Shown: positions 24,969 through 38,324, counted from the first letter of the whole stretch. The stretch is 52,614 nt of DNA, filler included, from Sphacelaria rigidula (GCA_964200075.2; 4 parts of 4 records of this genome joined end to end with filler, not necessarily neighbours in it), one strand, 5' to 3'. Translations and numbers: made by a program. Notes: generated from the sequence alone by a model not told the origin.

Positions 24969-26068
24969 CTATGGATGGGGCAGCCAAGGCGGGTCACACG
25001 CAAATAAAACACAGAGGCGTGCACGATGATGTATGGGATAACACACATACGAGCCGTGCCCACCACAATCCTTTCAAGAGTCAGTCACAAATACGATTTG
25101 CTTAGACAGTAGGCAAAACCAAAATCAACCAACTGAGACCACACGCAATCCACCAGGTCGAGCATACGGTAGCAATGGCCATGGTGGAGGTGGAATAAAT
25201 AACATGCAGTACCCGTCCTTCAGCGTTTTTCGAGGTAGGCAGCATTTTCATCTTTGAGTTCAGCGACTCTATCCTGTGGATTGTTGCAAGTAGCCGGGGA
25301 AGCAGCACCGTGAGCAGAAGGATTACCTACCCCGGAGAGTTTGATCTGACGAAGCTACCGAGTTCACCGACGACCCCAAACATACCGATAGCACCTCTGA
25401 CGCGTGAGGGCTACTATCGCGGGTCATGTGCGGCTAGCAGGCGACGCAAGACACAAGTCAGGTGTGACAGTTGTATTGCCCGTGCGGAGGTATGTTATGC
25501 AGTGTATGTCAGCCGGGTTGTTTTTGGGCGACGACAAGGCGACGACTACTGTACTATCTCCCTCAAAATCTAGGCAAAAGGGGCTCTCGCCATTACAAAA
25601 ACGGGGCTGCATAATTGTCTTGGTGTAAGTTGTTGACGCGCATCGGCACCTGACGGGATATCTGAACTTTTATTCCAAAATAATTTTCTCGAATCTGAGT
25701 CAACCCAGATCGACCGTTTTGAACCTCGTCATTAATCTCACATAAAACATAAACTATCCCGTAGAGGAAATCTCTGGCACGATAAGCCATGCACCGAAGA
25801 AGAAAGCGGCGGAATCGTCAACAAATTGTGATGTGTTCGAGACTGACAGCGACAAGACAAGATTGGACAGAAACCTTCACTACAAATCGTCCCACCAACA
25901 TGATGATGAGCTCGTCCCGGATCCCCGCCACCTGTCATTCAACGCAACAACTGTTGTAAGTAAGGATAAACCAACGGGCGTGACTGGCAACAGCATTCGG
26001 TTGTAGGATGAAAGCTAAACATGTTCCCCCCAATTTGCGTCTGGTGCCCCCCTCCTGCGAGGTCAATG

Positions 26069-26260
26069 GTCATATGACTATGGCAAGCATGATCATGAGT
26101 ACACCCTCCTGCATTTCGTGGCTGTCTCTGGAAGTGGCGATACCAGAAGATGAAGCAATTCATTAGAGGCTGGCATCCGAATTCAAGATAATCAGTGGGC
26201 TTCCGGCCGCACAATCTTAGCAGGATGCAGCTCATCCTTCATGCGACTCGCCAAACACAC
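26069..26260 (-). repeat. Repeat family A fragments at contig end
   Basis: atgactatggcaagcatgatcatgagtacacc matches 99-130. ctcatccttcatgcgactcgcc is the near reverse complement of ggcgagtcgcatgaagggtgag. Confidence 0.65.
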
Positions 26261-26360
26261 NNNNNNNNNNNNNNNNNNNNNNNNNNNNNNNNNNNNNNNN
26301 NNNNTTAATTAATTAANNNNNNNNNNNNNNNNNNNNNNNNNNNNNNNNNNNNNNNNNNNN
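26261..26360. other. Artificial contig-joining spacer
   Basis: 44 N + TTAATTAATTAA + 44 N. Confidence 0.97.
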
Positions 26361-28124
26361 TGTGATCTGCCTCGATGGCACCGGACGATGTCATCGTCAT
26401 CCACCTAACTCTTGATCGAACTACAACCTTGATAGGGCAATCCGTACCTGCCTACGTACATCATTGAAAATGATGACTTGGGATGCACGTAAGAGCAAGA
26501 AATCACAAACGGGTTGGTCAGATTCTCTACGAAACGGGGTAGACAACAAATGCCGGCTGCCTGCCTTGCATTTCTGTTCCCGTAACCTCGGACGGTTCAC
26601 TCCATGGTGTTGCGCATTTCCTGAGCACGCTCAGGTTACCCCAAAATGCGTTTCATGTCATTTCTCCTCCATGACGTTAGCTCAGAGGTGACGTTTGTAT
26701 TCCGTATTCGGTATATCAATGATTGGGGGTATACGCACAGGCATCATCTCCTCACGGAATACCTAAACGTCCATTCTCGTACGTCCTCGCGAGGCCTAGA
26801 CTACTGTACATGCCGAACCGATCCGGCAATAAAATAAAGTTCAGGGAGTCTCAAATGCTTGGTATTTCGAACTGTGGCCGAAGAAATGGACCTCGCACGC
26901 AACACAGCACTATGATTTTGTTCCTTCGTTCGCTTGATGTAGTTTTAGCTTTTACTATCGTAGTGGTGGTGTTCCAAGTTTGTTTCTTGCCGTGAAAGAG
27001 CCCGCGAATGACAGTTCAGGCTCAGGTTGTGCGGTTCCCAATTAGCCTCCGTGACATCAACGTTTATTGTTTCGTTTTTTGTTTTCTTGTTTGTTCGGGC
27101 GACTTTCCTGTCTGAAGCAGGGGCCGAGCATTTCTCGTTCCTTTTCATTACTTCGTATATTTAAGGGCTTTCCGTCACCATTCCCATCGGAACCGGTGAA
27201 TCGTAATATATTTTTTTCATTCCTTTCCTTTTCCTTTCCTTTTCCTTTCCTTCATCGTTGCTTTATGTTCGATCGTCCTCTTTCAGACATTCTTTTTCTC
27301 TGTCATCTTCCACACTTTCATCTGTTTATTATGTTCCACCTACTTGTAGTATGTGTCGTTTTCCCCCCAGCTTTCACGAGTTTCCTTCGGTGATCGTGCC
27401 CACTTCACTTGCCTTACGATAGGTACGTCTGCCTTGTGGATAATGACCGCGATGACTGAAACCCTTAGGGATCAGTTGATGTGCAACAACCAGTCGAAGA
27501 AGCAATCAAATGAGAAACAACGAAATCCGAGTCACAGGGTGGTACAAACACACGGTACTGTCGCTAGGCCAAGGAGAGAACATATTGCAGATGTCCCGCC
27601 AATGCATGTAGGAGGTGACGGCGCATAATCAGACTAGGATCCGGCATGGGACTGTCGGCGGAAGAATGTGCGCATCGACGGTCGAGTTCTACGTTGACGC
27701 GCAGATGTGGGGTCGTCCAACATCCTGTGGGGCGGAAGATGAATGAGGGTCGCTATTTTGCTTGTGCTGTGCGGGCGATGGAGCGCTTGTCGGACATTTC
27801 ATTTTTCACAAGCAAACACGATAGGAGTTTCAAGAGTGCCCGTTTGTGCTTCGAATCTTCTATCCGTTCTTCCGTGGTGAGCGGCAGGCGGGTGGGGGAA
27901 GGACAGGGGCACGCCCAAGCTGACTTACAAGCATGAGGAAATTTTGCAGGAGGTCCATGCGAATTCAACTAGGCTTGAGGGCATCGGACATGCTCTGCAG
28001 ACGAGAGGGTGGTAATTTTTACCAGGCGCCCATCTGTTTAATCCCTCGCTTACTGGCCATCTCATTTGTAGCCCAGGAAAAGTACCGCAAGGGTGCGTGC
28101 AATTCATTTCGGCCTCTTGCAGCG

Positions 28125-28270
28125 GCACCGCGCCCTGGTGGTCTCAAATACGATAGTCCGACTGTCACCATTAGGGTGGAGAACGAGGTTCGATTCCCGT
28201 TTCGCTGAGATTTTCCTTTCAAGTATTTCATTTCCATCGTCGGAACCGTGAGTGCGTGAGTAAGTTGAGT
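28125..28270 (+). mobile_element. tRNA-derived SINE-like element, family B (Asp-like anticodon loop)
   Basis: CTGTCAC (28162-28168) and B box GGTTCGATTCC (28187-28197). The downstream aagtatttcatttcc...gtgagtaag resembles 15062-15104. Confidence 0.55.
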
Positions 28271-29882
28271 TTATTTTTTTGACAGGAAAATGTTTTGGAA
28301 GGAGTTGACGTGGTGAGGTGGTGCTCACCCAATCCACGAGACCAATAAACAAGGCGGGTAGCGGGGGAGAGATGGGTTAATATATTACGACCATCGACTC
28401 GACTAGAGGAAAGGAAGGGGTTCAAAGTGTGACGAGACAAAGAGAAGAGTTCTTCATTTGAAGATATGGCCACAACTGCGCAACACATCCTAATCCATAT
28501 TTCCCGCGTTTCATTCTGCCTCTGTTCGTCTTCGCTGATTTGCTTGCTTTCCTCGAACCGTAGACAAGGCAACCGTCCAGCATGGAGCCAGCTCAACAAG
28601 TGAGAAGTCGAATCAAGCGTGGTGATTTCTCGATACATTATACTACACGACTGTCACTATAAACAAGCCGCGACCCGACCTTCCAACGTCACATAAAAAG
28701 CATGGATCTCGCACACAACAACGACAGATTCTCCAACTTCCGCCGTGCGTTTTTCCGCACCAACTCCCGTCAGACGAGCTTTCCATCCTCTATACAGTAT
28801 TGAACGTGCTCAACGACATGCTTCTCGTCACCAGTAGCGTTGTGTCGTCCGAGACGGCGCCTTCAAACCATCCGCACCCAGTTACCTCTTTGAAAAAACG
28901 GGTCCCGCAACGTGTACTCTCAAATCACGGGCGGTTGCACGGACGAGGGGGCTCCATCCCCAGTCATATGAAAAATGACTTCGCTCCGCGTCCGTTTTCT
29001 ATCCACACAAAACAGAATTGGCCCACAACATGTACGCACAACACGTAATAAACGCCATTGTTGCCACAGAAACCGACATCAAACTGAATCGCAAGCACCA
29101 GCGGAGGCGTTAGTCAGGAACGAATGTAACTCCAGCTAAACATCGCTCACAACAATCTTGTGCCACAACAATAGTTCAAGCAAAACTGAAAAAACACTCG
29201 GCATGTCCCCGCCTTCTCGCTACAAGAAGCGAGCCAAGGTACATATATCTTCAGCAAATACAAGGAACACGCGCGGCGCGTGTTCGAACCCACTTGGCCT
29301 GACTTCCTACGCTCAGGTGACGAAACTTCTTCAACTAATCTAACCGGCCATCTTCTCTTCGCATCTCCAAAGGGCGTCAATGCCCCCCCCACCTACCACC
29401 TGTCTTGTCCCCAGGCTAACCAAGGTTCCCTGGAGGCAAGAGCCAAATCCACAATGGATGCCCCGTCATACGGCTATGCCTATCCTTTGGTTACAGCTGA
29501 TACAGTGCAACTTGCCCCAAGTCCTAGCCCAAGGGCTACATACTATGGTCGAAGCATTGCAGTGATGGCGATGGCATCGCCAGTTTCACCCCATCTTCCA
29601 CATGTCATCTGCAACAGAGGCAACGCACGACACACGAGAATGAAGGCCACGAAGGTACGGCAGGGGCTCGGCGCCGTGGCCGCGGTAAATGTCGACCAAC
29701 TCAGGTGCATGAAAACTGCCCAGGTGCAATATGCGATGGTAGAGCCAAAACTTCATTAACCCCACAGGGTACTGTATATCCCATGAAGTCTAGACCCTGA
29801 GTGAAAGAAGAGATCATGCGAGGAGCAGGAATGACTTGAGAAAACGAATCTACCGACAAAAAGCGAACCAACATTACTCACC

Positions 29883-31684
29883 TTACAACTCCCGGCAACA
29901 TGTCTCCACGCTGCACAACGCTTCCTCCAAGCTCGAGCTCGTGCCCCACCAGCTGACAAACTTGTAAGTTCTTTCCGCCCCCCTCCCGACAAATGATCTG
30001 AGCATGCGGCGTCCGCCATCGCCGCTAGCCATGTCACCAGAGTCCGACTCATAGCCGTCCGACAGGTCATATGAGAATTCATAAGGAAAGTCTTCATCGA
30101 AGAAGTCTTTGAAGGAAGAGGACCCGTCGTCGTAGCCGTACGAGTAGATGCCGTCGTCTCCATCGGCCCCGGGCCCGGGGGCTGGCTCGGGCGGTACCGT
30201 TTCCTCGTTGGGTTCTTGCTTGCACTCTTTGTCCGCGGCATTGTCTATGATGGCGAAGCCTGCCGGGCACGCGTAGGACATGCAACTGCCGTGCTGCTTA
30301 TCGGGTTGGTCTGCGGGAGTAGATACGTTGCGACGGAGGGCGCGAGGGAAATGAGATGGTGAGGTGGTTGAGCGGCTGCAGTTGTGCTGATATATGTCGT
30401 GCTCATGGGAAGGGGAGTATTATCTGCCGTGTGGGGGGGCTCAGCTGCATGTTGGCGCAAACATATATCATGAAACATCTCATGTATGTTGGACACGTAG
30501 TAGAGTTCGAGTCCGGGGAATTTCGTGCGGCGATACTCAAGTACTCTAGAATGCTCTGTACCTTGGGCAGTTGACGTATTTTGCACTCCGGAACCACCAC
30601 TATGTTGGTGACGAGTCAGTACCCAAGGTGATCTAGGATACGCAGTGAGTTCGACAGTCGATGCTCCCACGATTTGGGGAGCGATCATCAACACTCCCTG
30701 CAGCTGGTGGTGCAACTGCTCTGCGTTGCTCCGTGTTTTCGACAGTCGATACTCCACATGCTCGGGAATATCGATACCTCGGGTACTGGTGGATACTCAC
30801 GATTCATGACGTCGTGTTTCTCCCAAGTACCAGATGGGGCGAAAAGCTGGGCTCCATGTTCGACCTACTTACTTGCTGGCGCCGGTCGCTCGGCACGGCA
30901 GCATGACTTTCCGCCATTCTTGTGATCCGTCTAATTTCTCGGGGCGACCCCAGAGCGTCGAAGGAATCGACCCACGTCTCTTTCTGTACATGCCTGATAT
31001 CTCAGTATAGTACCACCGGTTAGATCGGCACTTCCGCACCGTACTCACGTTCTCATACGTCCAACGACCAAAGTCATGTGCTTCCGAGAAAAGGAACGCA
31101 TATAACAGTTGAATCTGCTAGGTATTGAACCCCCGGCGCCGATTTCAAGATGAACGGGCTCGAACATCGCAGGCTCATGTGTGTGGACCCCCGTGCGCGA
31201 GGCGGCCCCGAGTCGTAAGGTGCCGCGTACAATCAGAAAGGTTGTGACCTCATGTGCCTCAACCAGATCGTCCGGGCTTCAGTGAAACGTTGACATTCAA
31301 TTCCTGTCTACGCGATATCTATGGCGACACGCCATCAGCATTTCGTGGTGCAAAAAATTGGTTTGTACTCGGGGCGAGCACACTCATCCGAGGGAAAACA
31401 CAAGCCCACAAGCACTGGCACACGTACTCAAACTCCGGAGTATCTCTCCACTCACCAGCATCGCAGCACAATTCTTGGGTGCAGACGCCGTTCTCGCACG
31501 AGGTCGTGTCGGCGTAGGGAATTGGATTGGTGCCGGCTGCACACCCGAAGCTCGAGCAAAGCAACGAACAGCACTGCTCAACCTCGCACTCGCCGCCGAC
31601 GCACTCCACGGTGTGTGCGTCGGCGACCGGCACGTACTTGTTCGGACAGCCTATGGAGTTGCAGTATGCCGTGTGAGTTGAGAC
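29883..31684 (-). CDS. 3' coding exons of a Cys-rich repeat, probably extracellular protein
   Basis: Exon 31684-31456 encodes two C-x4-C-x14-C-x4-C-x4-CC repeats and ends G|gtgagt. It splices in phase 1 to exon 30310-29883 (cccgcag|), which encodes a third repeat and the TAA stop. Upstream exons near 32217-31912 and ~32500-32600 are possible but unresolved. Confidence 0.7.
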
Positions 31685-34078
31685 CTGGTCGGATGTTCGG
31701 GGAGAGCAGCAGCAGTAGTGCGGAGAGGAGTAATTCGCGAACGAACACGAGAGAGATGAGAAATGGGAACGAAAAAATGGAGATGTGCTGTACTTCGCTT
31801 TGCATTTCAACGCGGGCACTGCTTACAGTATGATGGGGGAACAACGGCTGTTTTCGTGGTCGCAGCCTAAAAAGCAGAGCACCTTGTGAAAAGTAACTGC
31901 AGCCCACGTACTTGACGGTACCACCATGAGCAATTGGGCCACGCGACGGGTAGAGAGGACAAGGACAAGCGTCACATATCTCGGAGGTTGCTGTCAATAC
32001 AACGTTGGTCGTGGTGGGTCCTCCTGAGGAGGGATAGACTTCATCTCGAAAAGACACGACCACTCTCACTGTGGGAGAAGTGCTGAACCCTGGCCTAGAG
32101 TTGGAAAAGGAGATGGCCGCAGGACATCCCAGGTGAACGTTAAGCAAAGAAACTTCAGGTATGGCTCTCGCCATCGAATCGGATGCATCGGACACACACT
32201 CCTGCTGGAGCTGCTGCTAATGGTGCACGGAAGGAGGAGCCGACAGAAGCAATAAATGCTAAGTCACAAGCCGGCCCCGAACACCTCCTGCCAAACCTTC
32301 ACGGACCTCCTCGAGAAAATGCGAGAATTCTGCACTTTACAGGAGTGCAAGTAGTACAACGGTCTTGACGTCACACCCCATCACAGACCTAGTTTCCGTC
32401 TTTCGACCATAGAGTGTAGGTCAGTCGATTGAGGGAAATTGAAAACAGAACAGGAGAGATGATTTTTAGCTCTGCATATATGACGGAATGCATTCACTCA
32501 CCTCCGCCTCTGTGACTCTTCGGGCCGAGCGCGCCCCGCGCAGTCCCGTCCTAGCGCCAAGTTTGACCCCTGCACGGCCCAAACACCGAGCGCACATGGG
32601 GCAGAAAATGCGGCCAATAAGTTGAAACTGCAGCGATACACGCGGACTGACTGCACTACAAAAATCATCATCAGTTTGTCAGATTGACATCCCTGGCCTA
32701 CGCGGCCGCAGACGGCTGACGAACGTCATGCGTTCAAAGCGTCCGCTTCTCTGCAGGGGTCAGATGTCCCAGATTGACAGACAATGCAATACCAGTCTTC
32801 CCGTAGAGCATTCGCTCGCAATCTCTCCTCAGGCCGTGCACACCCACATGCAACAAAAGCGTTTCTATAACAATGTACAGTAGTTTCGACCAGAACCAGG
32901 GGATATACATGTATTTAGGGGGGGGGGGGGGGGTCATTTGGTAATTTATCAATCATTTTTCGCGTACGACCCGTCATCCCAGTGAACGTTTGATCCTAGA
33001 GTTTGGGGATCGGGATATACCTGGAATCCGCTCCACATTCCGAAACAAAAATAATCTCTGCACTCAACGTTGAACGACCTACGGGCTGACCGGTCCTCGG
33101 GGGTCCTGTGACGACTAAACCCCAGGCTCTGACCCTTGGGTATGTTTGGAGCAGTCTCGATCGTTCTCGGGAACAAACGTCAAGTTTGTGTTTTAGTCCT
33201 ACCCACTCACTGCGCAAGAGCCGAGAAGCTGTATGTTTTTGGACCATTGACGGTCGATAAGCTCCGTGATGACGCCCTGATCCCGTATCACCCCGACGAC
33301 ACCAATTTGAGGATAGTGTTCGGAACACCACCTACATATATTCCCCGATTTCTTTGGACGCTAGAGCGTTCGAGGGATACGGAATACGAGAAACGTCAGA
33401 AAAATACCCAACTGCCAAAGTTGCCCAAGCTCTGTAAAGCACAGGGGGAGGGGAATATCAAGGTGGCAGGCTGGATACCTCTTGTATCGGCCAGAACTGT
33501 CACAGTTGTCTTAGAGGGGCACGATCAATATCGAGTGTCAACTCACACTCGATGCTTCGCGCAGTAGGTTCTCGTACCTATTAAATCAAATGGAAGTTTT
33601 TTTCCCACTTTTACCAACTTGACGGTTCTCGCTCCTAGCTTCACCCGTAGTCACCAGAGGTTATGCAGCGGTTGATGGCTGAACGTCCAAGCAGGGAGTG
33701 ACAGAGACGGGCGACGTCAATGCCTCTCCTTGGTCCTACCATCTACAGCCGAGAGGCGTGCTGCCTCCCGGGGACTGGGGAGAACACCAATCTGATCTGT
33801 AGTACCTGCCCCACCGAACTTGAGGGATTCCGTGTGCCTATTCTTCACACAGAAACATACTATTTCCGTACAAAGCTTGTGGCCTGCGGGTCTGAGGAGG
33901 AGGTACTATATGTGCCTCCTCACCTCATGACATGAAGCACTCCGGATCGCTCTTGTGGATAATTTTATAGACCCTCATTGATATTCAAACCTATATTGCG
34001 CTAAAGCCGAAAAGCAATGAATGTGTTCTGGACCGAAAACGGTAGATAGCAGCATCTCTGGTCAACTCAGCCCGTAAA

Positions 34079-34560
34079 GGCCGGATGTTATGGCAAACAG
34101 ATTTTTGACCCACGGATTGTCCACAGTGTGGACGTTTAACCCCCTTTTTGACCCCTAAACAGTGAAAATCGCCAACACACGTCTCGGGCATTTTGCATCA
34201 CCCCACAGAGAGGAGCCTAGTCTGCTCTTCAGATTCGCTTGACTCCGAGGTTTCGAGATTGGCCGCTGAACAATAATTCGTGTGCAAAAATCTGTGCTTG
34301 CCGACCCCCGCCAGTTTACCCAATAATCTGTGGAGATCGCCGCAAATATTTTTGCACACGGGTTATTGTTCAGCGACCGCTCTCGAAACCTTGGAGCCAA
34401 GCGAATCTGAAAAGCAGACTAGGCTCCCCTCTATGGGGTGATGCAAAGTGTCCAAGACGTGTGTTGGTGATTTTCGCTGTTTGGGGGCCAAAAAGTGGGT
34501 TAAACGTCTGAAGAGTGAACAATCCGTGGGCCAAAAACCTGTGTGCCATAACATCCGGCC
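34079..34560. mobile_element. Foldback MITE (482 bp, ~220-bp inverted arms), possibly PIF/Harbinger (Tourist-like)
   Basis: ggccggatgttatggca... pairs with ...tgccataacatccggcc. The arms pair with scattered mismatches around a ~43-nt loop. Flanks are AAA and TAA. Confidence 0.8.
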
Positions 34561-34815
34561 TAAGCCGTTCAATATTGAGCGCAAAAATAAATGATAGTTG
34601 TGTCTGATTGATGGAGCGGATGCCGAGTAGTATCTCCCGATCCCCAAACTCCGGGACCAAGCGTTCACTGGGAATAGCGGCGGTAAGCGAAAGGACTGTG
34701 AGAAACGCGACTACAAAAAAATAAAAATAAAATCTCATTCAGCTCGAAACTACGACGTATATTACAGTGTAGTGTTAGAACGACACCCTGTATAACTCAA
34801 ACCCAACACTAGGGA

Positions 34816-34920
34816 CACAATCTCGCGGCAAAAATGCCCCATGTTCACGTACACGAGGTGTGTTGGCGGCACAATCTCGCGGTAAAATTGCTCCATATTC
34901 ACGTACGCGTTGTGTATTGG
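34816..34920 (+). repeat. 54-bp tandem duplication (2 diverged units)
   Basis: cacaatctcgcgg..aa.tgc.ccat.ttcacgtac at 34816 and 34870. Confidence 0.8.
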
Positions 34921-35047
34921 GAGATTGTGCGATGGCGCAGTCCCTGAGATTGACAACGATGTGTTGCAAAACCTCGCACTGATTACACCCGCTATTAGAA
35001 GACAAGTTACGATATGTCAAGTACTGCAGAGAGTACCACGTCGCCCG

Positions 35048-35401
35048 TGTTGTTGTGTTGTCGTCCCATCTATTCTCGACGCCCGTCTACACCTTTCCGT
35101 GTGTGTGGGCGCACCAGCCGGGGTCACACGGGAGGAAGGTCAACACAGGAGTTTTTTTTCTTTCTTGTTTGCTTACAGTACTCCACCTTCCTTTTGCGGT
35201 GCTTGCCTTCATTTTTTATCGCGAGAGGGGTACAGCAGTCCCTTCACCTCGTCGACCGTTGAGTCGAATTTTGTGTACCCACAACATAGTCGCTCTCCAC
35301 TGTTGGGCATGGTGTGAGGAAAAATACCAGATCGCTACGAGATTTGAACCCACGACCCAACCATCAGAAGGTGTCGAGGTTACCAACTGAGCCACCGGGG
35401 C
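35048..35401 (-). mobile_element. tRNA-derived SINE, family C, full length
   Basis: The minus strand starts gccccggTGGCTCAGTTGGtaac (A box) ... gGGTTCAAATCtcg (B box) and ends in a (CAA/CA)-rich tail. Second copy at 46759-47080. Confidence 0.8.
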
Positions 35402-36245
35402 ACGGATAAACCACAGATTTTCCCGCGAACACATACGCCCGCGCGGAGTTTACCCGCACCTCGGGTGCTTTTTGCACTCACTACATGTTCGGTAGGTTCA
35501 TCTGTCACATTTTGCAAAAGATACGCGCCCAGTAACCGGTCTTACTGAAAGCTGTTTCTTGGACCGTAGTATTGTTCCCGGATAACGTATCCTACCTCTG
35601 TGAGTACAGTACTAGAGCACTTTACTCGTGAATGACGCAAGCGACAGTCGCGCTTGCGCAACTGCTGCCTACCCCCTGTTGGAGTAATTGAGTATCTTTG
35701 GAGAGGTCCACGACAAGGATCTACGATGTAGTGACTGACGTGACGTGTGGTGATATGGTTGAACACACGTGTAGGGTATTACACCGTATTTAGGCGTTCC
35801 GTTCCATGCGTGAAGTCTTGGCTTGGTGACATGGGGTATGTGGCTCGCACATCATCTCACTTCATTCCACCACCGCAGTCAGACTGGCTGACCTGCTTTA
35901 ATAAACTATCTCTACAACTACAACTCTTCACGGGCAACCGAGCCAACCAACACCCCCTTCTGATAGGTCTGACAGAGGAATAGCAAGATATCTCGCAAGC
36001 TACGTGACATTCATGTTTTATTTTGGGATTCAGACACGTGATAGACGCGCTACTCATCGTGCATGTCCTGTGCTTATCTCCACCTTTGTTTACGCTACAA
36101 GAATACTGCGGTGTGCCACACGAGTCGAAGTTCGCCCCGAAAGCAAAATATTCAAAAGCGGCGAAACAAACCATGTAGCTCTACGTGGTACATGTATACT
36201 CGTATCCCATTCCTGTTGCCGACAATTGTAGAACCAAGTATTTAC

Positions 36246-36309
36246 CTCGTGCTGATCCGACGCCGACGACGGCGAGAATGGCAGTCAAGAGAACGGCGTT
36301 GGTCTTCAT
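36246..36309 (-). CDS. First exon (signal peptide) of a putative secreted protein, paralog of the gene at 37665
   Basis: MKTNAVLLTAILAVVGVGSAR+G|gtaaat, with the same start context (ggcaa.aattATGAAGACC) and intron phase as 37665-37731. Downstream exons not resolved. Confidence 0.6.
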
Positions 36310-37664
36310 AATTTTTGCCGGCGTTTCGTATTACTGTGTGTTGAACTGCGGCGCTTCACTCGGTGGGAATGTTGATGCAGCTGTTCGATCCAATACCCTC
36401 GTTTGCCAAGTGGCTGGTGAACTACTGGTCCTCTCCGTTCTGCTGCTTGAGCACGATGAGAAGTGTAGATGATAGACAGAGGTTATGGACTTGTCTTGAA
36501 TGAGTGTAACGGAGAGAGGGAACTTCTGATGATGGTAGGGTGCAGGGAGAGCGTTGACTGTGGACTGTGAAGGGTGAGGGCTGCCGTGCCGTGAGAGGTG
36601 CGACTAAGCGGACCCCGACAGTAAGTTACACCCGATTACTACAGTAGAGACACCCTAACCCTCTGTGCGGAATCAACCATGCGACCTGTGATACCACTGC
36701 AGAACTTTATGCAAGTTCGGGTTCGTTCAAATTACACATGTACAATTACCGATACCCATGTACCGTTTCGCTGTGCGATGCAACGAAGCTCGTTTGTGGG
36801 ATGTTGTCGTCATGTCCACCGTGGTGCATTTTATTCTTCACGACCCTTGCCCGCCAGGGCATTTTCCAATTGAAAATGATGACGATTCAACAGACTACCC
36901 ACCCTGACCTCGCCATTACGTGACCGCGTTGAAAATAGTAGATTTAAGCTATCCCAAGAAAAGTACTCTGTACCGAGACCCTCTGGATAGGAATGTGCAT
37001 ACACGCGCCCTCGGAAACGTTCGTGCTGCGCAGACCAGAGGAACTCCGATTTGTCAGCCCTAGAAAAGTAGAAGTATTCATGTGCTTTGTACTCCTGCGT
37101 AGTGTTACAGATTATAATATATTTTTTGTATTACATCAATTATATTCGGAAATTCGAAGAAATTGGCAAAACTGGGGGCTTCACACTCCTTGGGGGCTCT
37201 TGGCACTGGATGAACACAACTTCCGCGTGAAGGAATCCGAACTTGCAAAAAATATCGATTGTATGGTTGATCATTCCACACACACCACTTTGAGTTGGAA
37301 TTTATCTACTCGAGTGTAACCTACTGCCGGGGTCCGCCGTGATGCACCGCCCCGCGCGCGGCCGCCCCCGCCTCTCACAGTCTGCGGCCAACGTTCCCCC
37401 CCAGGATACTGTCGCCATCATCACATCTCTCTACCCGTCGCTGACCATCGAGATCACCCATCTATTGTCGACACCTGCGGTACTCAAGCAGCGACATCAG
37501 AGAACGCAGTCAGTCAACGCCAGCGACTGAGGATACGGGCATCGAACCGCAACAGCATTATCCTTGAGGAACACTCACTCATCGATCGGCTGCATCTATA
37601 CGCAACGGGTGTACAAGTACTGCACTCCGCCAAGGCAAAGTATAACGGAACGCTGGCAAGAATT

Positions 37665-38324
37665 ATGAAGACCTACGCATCTCTCTTGGCTGCCACTCTC
37701 GCCGTCACCTTTGTCGGCGTTGGAGCACGAGGTGAGGATCTACCTAGTACAACTGTTAGTTGGTCGTGCACATATTGTGTGTCGTCGTATAATAGTGATA
37801 CCTGTCACCAGTGCAGGATTTTGGAACATACTCGAGATAGATTTTTCAACCGTCCTTGACATGGAACACTGCGGGGCCTTTCCCCCCTTACCGAGTTTTG
37901 TACGATAGAGACATCGCGCCATGGGCTTCCAATGAAAATTACTCCGGAGGATGTGGTGAGTGCGGGCGGTGTTGCTCGTGGGTCATGTGTGGTGGGTAGT
38001 GTCAAACTCTCGCCCCGAGTTTGCGAGTTGGCCATTTGTGCTCGTGTGGGACACTCACTTCTCTGATTTCGTAGATTGGTGCCAACTACCCCAACAGTAA
38101 GCTAGAAATGACAGTACGGTGCAGAAGTTGTGCAGAGGAAAGTTGGGGTAATTCGGACCTCGAGCTTGCGTGGCTCGCGAATACTGTAAGCACGTTCATG
38201 TACGCGGGCACGCCATGCTTACAGTACCACCACAACATTCCGTACGCTCTGCGTCGGGCCAGGCTTGTACTACGCTGAGGCTACGTGGGGGAGCGTGGTG
38301 CCGATCCCTGCAGCCGAGGACGCG
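37665..38324 (+). CDS. 5' exons of a putative secreted protein of unknown function
   Basis: Phase-consistent GT-AG exons 37665-37731, 37909-37955, 38075-38096 and 38263-38324 give MKTYASLLAATLAVTFVGVGAR-ETSRHGLPMKITPEDV-IGANYPN-SLYYAEATWGSVVPIPAAEDA. Confidence 0.55.

Noticed and set aside
31045-31180. Possible third SINE (minus-strand GGTTCAATACC)
   Set aside because: Single copy in the window and no clear A box.
32950-33950. ORFs 33136..33567 and neighbours as a possible retroelement remnant
   Set aside because: No diagnostic motifs recognised.
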